Assembly: GCA_023334545.1 (NCBI GenBank)
Contig: JAADVB010000157.1
Coordinates: 1 to 44,527 of the forward strand
Direction of reading: 5' to 3'
DNA: 44,527 nucleotides
DNA from: Salisapilia sapeloensis CBS 127946
Lineage: Eukaryota > Protista > Oomycota
The translations under genes were made by a program, and so were the position numbers. Positions 42,575 to 44,527 of this stretch are shown in pieces (the first letter of the stretch is position 1; each line of letters opens with the position of its first letter). The notes beneath the pieces are model-generated. The model did no database searches, was not told where the DNA came from, and saw only the letters and a program-made list of their open reading frames with translations.

Positions 42575-44023
42575 TTAATCAAAGAAACGATGCCGTTTAT
42601 TGCGCCTTGATGTCAGCAGCGTATTTAAATCCGGCTTCTTGCTCTGTTCCTGTCGCTTTCGGTCTTCATACCTTCTTCTCGTCTCCAACGTTTTCACCGG
42701 ATCATGATGCAGCACGTCAAACCCAAAGCTCGAAGGGCCATCGCGTCCAGCCAAGTGTTCATCCGGCGGCAAGACGGCAGCTAGTATACTCCCAGACTGT
42801 GTCTCCTTCACCTGTCCTCTCCGTCGGATCTCAACATCCAGTATCCTTCGCGCAAACTCAAACGCTCGGACGATCGTCCGAATGTCATAAGAGTTCGTAC
42901 CAATGTCATGCGTCGTATCCATCGGGTTCTCCAGACTCAATAGATATGGTCGACTATAGTCCATCCAGCCACGATCATTCTTATGATAGTAGCTCCCTCC
43001 ATTCCGAACACAAATGCCAATGTCCTTATAGTTAAAGTCACGACCGTACAAGGTGAAGAAACCAACGAGGAGTATCCCGAGATTATTATACCGAACGTCC
43101 GTGTGACTCTTTCCCAAGTCTCTCCGATACTGCTGGAGGAAACTAATGATCATCATCTGCAGCATAAAGCTACCAATACCTCCAGTATAAGTCTCATTTA
43201 CTCCTCTCTGAGCCAAAAAGTATTTGAGCACAAGCGTCAGAGGGCGAAAGGAAGGATAGAGACGCATATAGTGCTTCACCAAGTCTGCCGTAGCCAAACC
43301 ACCACTGACGTTAAACGAGACATCGACTGGGAAACCAGTCGCTTTGTGCACAAACTTCACGATTGGGATGCGAGCTTTATCGATGACTTCCATGAAGCTT
43401 ACGAGATCTCGTTCCCGTAGTTTCTCTGCTAAAGCAAACAATGGCTTCGTACCGGACGGTGCATCTAACACAACTAAATCGACGTCGCTCTGTGGGAGGA
43501 ACATTTGTGTCTCGTGACTGCCGAATGTCTCGAGTGTCGCATCCGGCCACAAGGCCTTGACAATAGTCGACATTTCATCCACGAGCTCCTGTCTCTGTTT
43601 CATCTCGGCATCAGATGGACTCATGAACTGGACAAAGTCTAAAATTTCATCATGCAATGCCAAGTACAGATTAGCATGATTGTAACTCGATTTGTCCACG
43701 GCTTGCATCCATGGTGCAGGCTCACTCATGGCAAGTTGATGCGTTTCCTGTGAACTCTTACGGTTGGAGTCTACATCCGCTTCGTCTGTATTCATATCGA
43801 GCGTAATAAACCCATCTTCGACACGAGGTTCACTCGCCACTTCTTGCTTGGACTTCTCTTTGGCTTGTTTTTTCTCGAATTTCGCCTTCGATTTCGCTTT
43901 TACGGACTTTTTCTCAGCTTTCGTCTTCTTCTTACCACCATTGTTACTGTTTTCAGGTGTTACGACACGTCCTTTGCCCTTGAGCTTGCCATCTCGACGT
44001 GCTGCCGCTTTCGTCCGAGCCAT
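42575..44023 (-). CDS. Non-canonical poly(A) polymerase, TENT4/PAPD5/Trf4-like, intronless
   Basis: LHDEILDFVQFMSP, catalytic TFGSHETQMFLPQSDVDLV, KARIPIVKF, VDVSFN, TYTGGIGSF and LSLENPMDTTHDIG, with a basic N-terminus. Confidence 0.93.
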   Translation of the reverse strand: MARTKAAARRDGKLKGKGRVVTPENSNNGGKKKTKAEKKSVKAKSKAKFEKKQAKEKSKQEVASEPRVEDGFITLDMNTDEADVDSNRKSSQETHQLAMSEPAPWMQAVDKSSYNHANLYLALHDEILDFVQFMSPSDAEMKQRQELVDEMSTIVKALWPDATLETFGSHETQMFLPQSDVDLVVLDAPSGTKPLFALAEKLRERDLVSFMEVIDKARIPIVKFVHKATGFPVDVSFNVSGGLATADLVKHYMRLYPSFRPLTLVLKYFLAQRGVNETYTGGIGSFMLQMMIISFLQQYRRDLGKSHTDVRYNNLGILLVGFFTLYGRDFNYKDIGICVRNGGSYYHKNDRGWMDYSRPYLLSLENPMDTTHDIGTNSYDIRTIVRAFEFARRILDVEIRRRGQVKETQSGSILAAVLPPDEHLAGRDGPSSFGFDVLHHDPVKTLETRRRYEDRKRQEQSKKPDLNTLLTSRRNKRHRFFD

Positions 44024-44144
44024 TAATTCCTTTTCTTCGGTATGGTGACTTTATATTCGTCATTTATTTCGCTCGAAGCTACAGTTGGTATGAGGTTTAA
44101 ATAAATGACGGAATAAAAAACGAAGATAAACACGTGAGACCGAC

Positions 44145-44527
44145 ATGAAATTGTGGACCTCGTGGAGACGACGAGCGAGTACTATAAGAACGATGCAGCC
44201 TTGTTATTGGCAATACTTGAGCGCATACAAGTATGTAAAGATAGATAAGACGACCTTACCTTCTCTACGTCGACAAATTCAAGCTACATGGGATAAGATT
44301 GGCGTCTTGGGCAGGATTTATATTTCGACGGAAGGCATTAATGCTCAATTGATGCTGCCGGAGGCGAATGTAGACGCGTTGGCTGTCTCATTTCCAGAGT
44401 TATTGTCCAAGGAAATTATGGTGTTTGGACAACGGATTGAAATGGGAGCAGCAGACACTTTGGATGGACAGCAAATGGACCATGAACCAAACAATGACAA
44501 GAAGGAAGCGCCGTTTACGAAATTGGA
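44145..44527 (+). CDS. TrhO/YceA rhodanese-family protein, N-terminal part, truncated at the 3' window edge and absent from the ORF track
   Basis: From ATG 44145 the frame stays open to the end: MKLWTSWRRRASTIR...YLSAYKYVKI...IGVLGRIYISTEGINAQLMLP...APFTKL. GRIYISTEGINAQ matches the YceA/TrhO N-terminal domain motif. Confidence 0.85.
   Translation, partial: MKLWTSWRRRASTIRTMQPCYWQYLSAYKYVKIDKTTLPSLRRQIQATWDKIGVLGRIYISTEGINAQLMLPEANVDALAVSFPELLSKEIMVFGQRIEMGAADTLDGQQMDHEPNNDKKEAPFTKL

Noticed and set aside
41035-42578. ORFs 41035-41379, 41914-42141 and 42243-42578
   Set aside because: They have no recognisable motifs and mostly non-ATG starts, in an AT-rich spacer.
1-44527. Non-standard genetic code, tRNA/rRNA genes, viral genes or telomeric repeats
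   Set aside because: Very long ORFs translate cleanly in the standard code with all three stop codons used as terminators. I saw no cloverleaf, rRNA, capsid, integrase or telomere motif, although I could not run covariance searches.

Overview
A gene-dense, intron-containing eukaryotic region, not prokaryotic. An oomycete-like stramenopile is inferred from short (~55-90 nt) GT-AG introns with CTAAC-type branch points, an oomycete-type Inr+FPR promoter motif and the gene families present; the species cannot be identified. In order: C-terminal half of a TrhO/YceA rhodanese (+), TRA2-like RRM/RS protein (+), PIG-B (-), giant VPS13 (+), ATG14-like (+), RPB3 (-), Derlin (-), pyroglutamyl peptidase I (+), LARP4-like (+), tandem double-Kir K+ channel (-), FAM210-like (-), RME-8/DNAJC13 with an HPD-less J domain (+), GTDC1/QTMAN-like glycosyltransferase (-), an orphan A20 zinc-finger gene (+), an SDR (-), an AT-rich gap holding a ~245 bp MITE, TENT4/Trf4 (-), and the N-terminal half of a TrhO/YceA gene (+) that the ORF track misses. 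The most striking structure is that the two window ends carry complementary, non-overlapping halves of the same gene family, on the same strand and in permuted order. This suggests a circular or tandemly repeated ~44.8 kb unit, or direct-repeat paralogs. All family calls come from motif recognition and exon boundaries were inferred by hand; no database searches were run.
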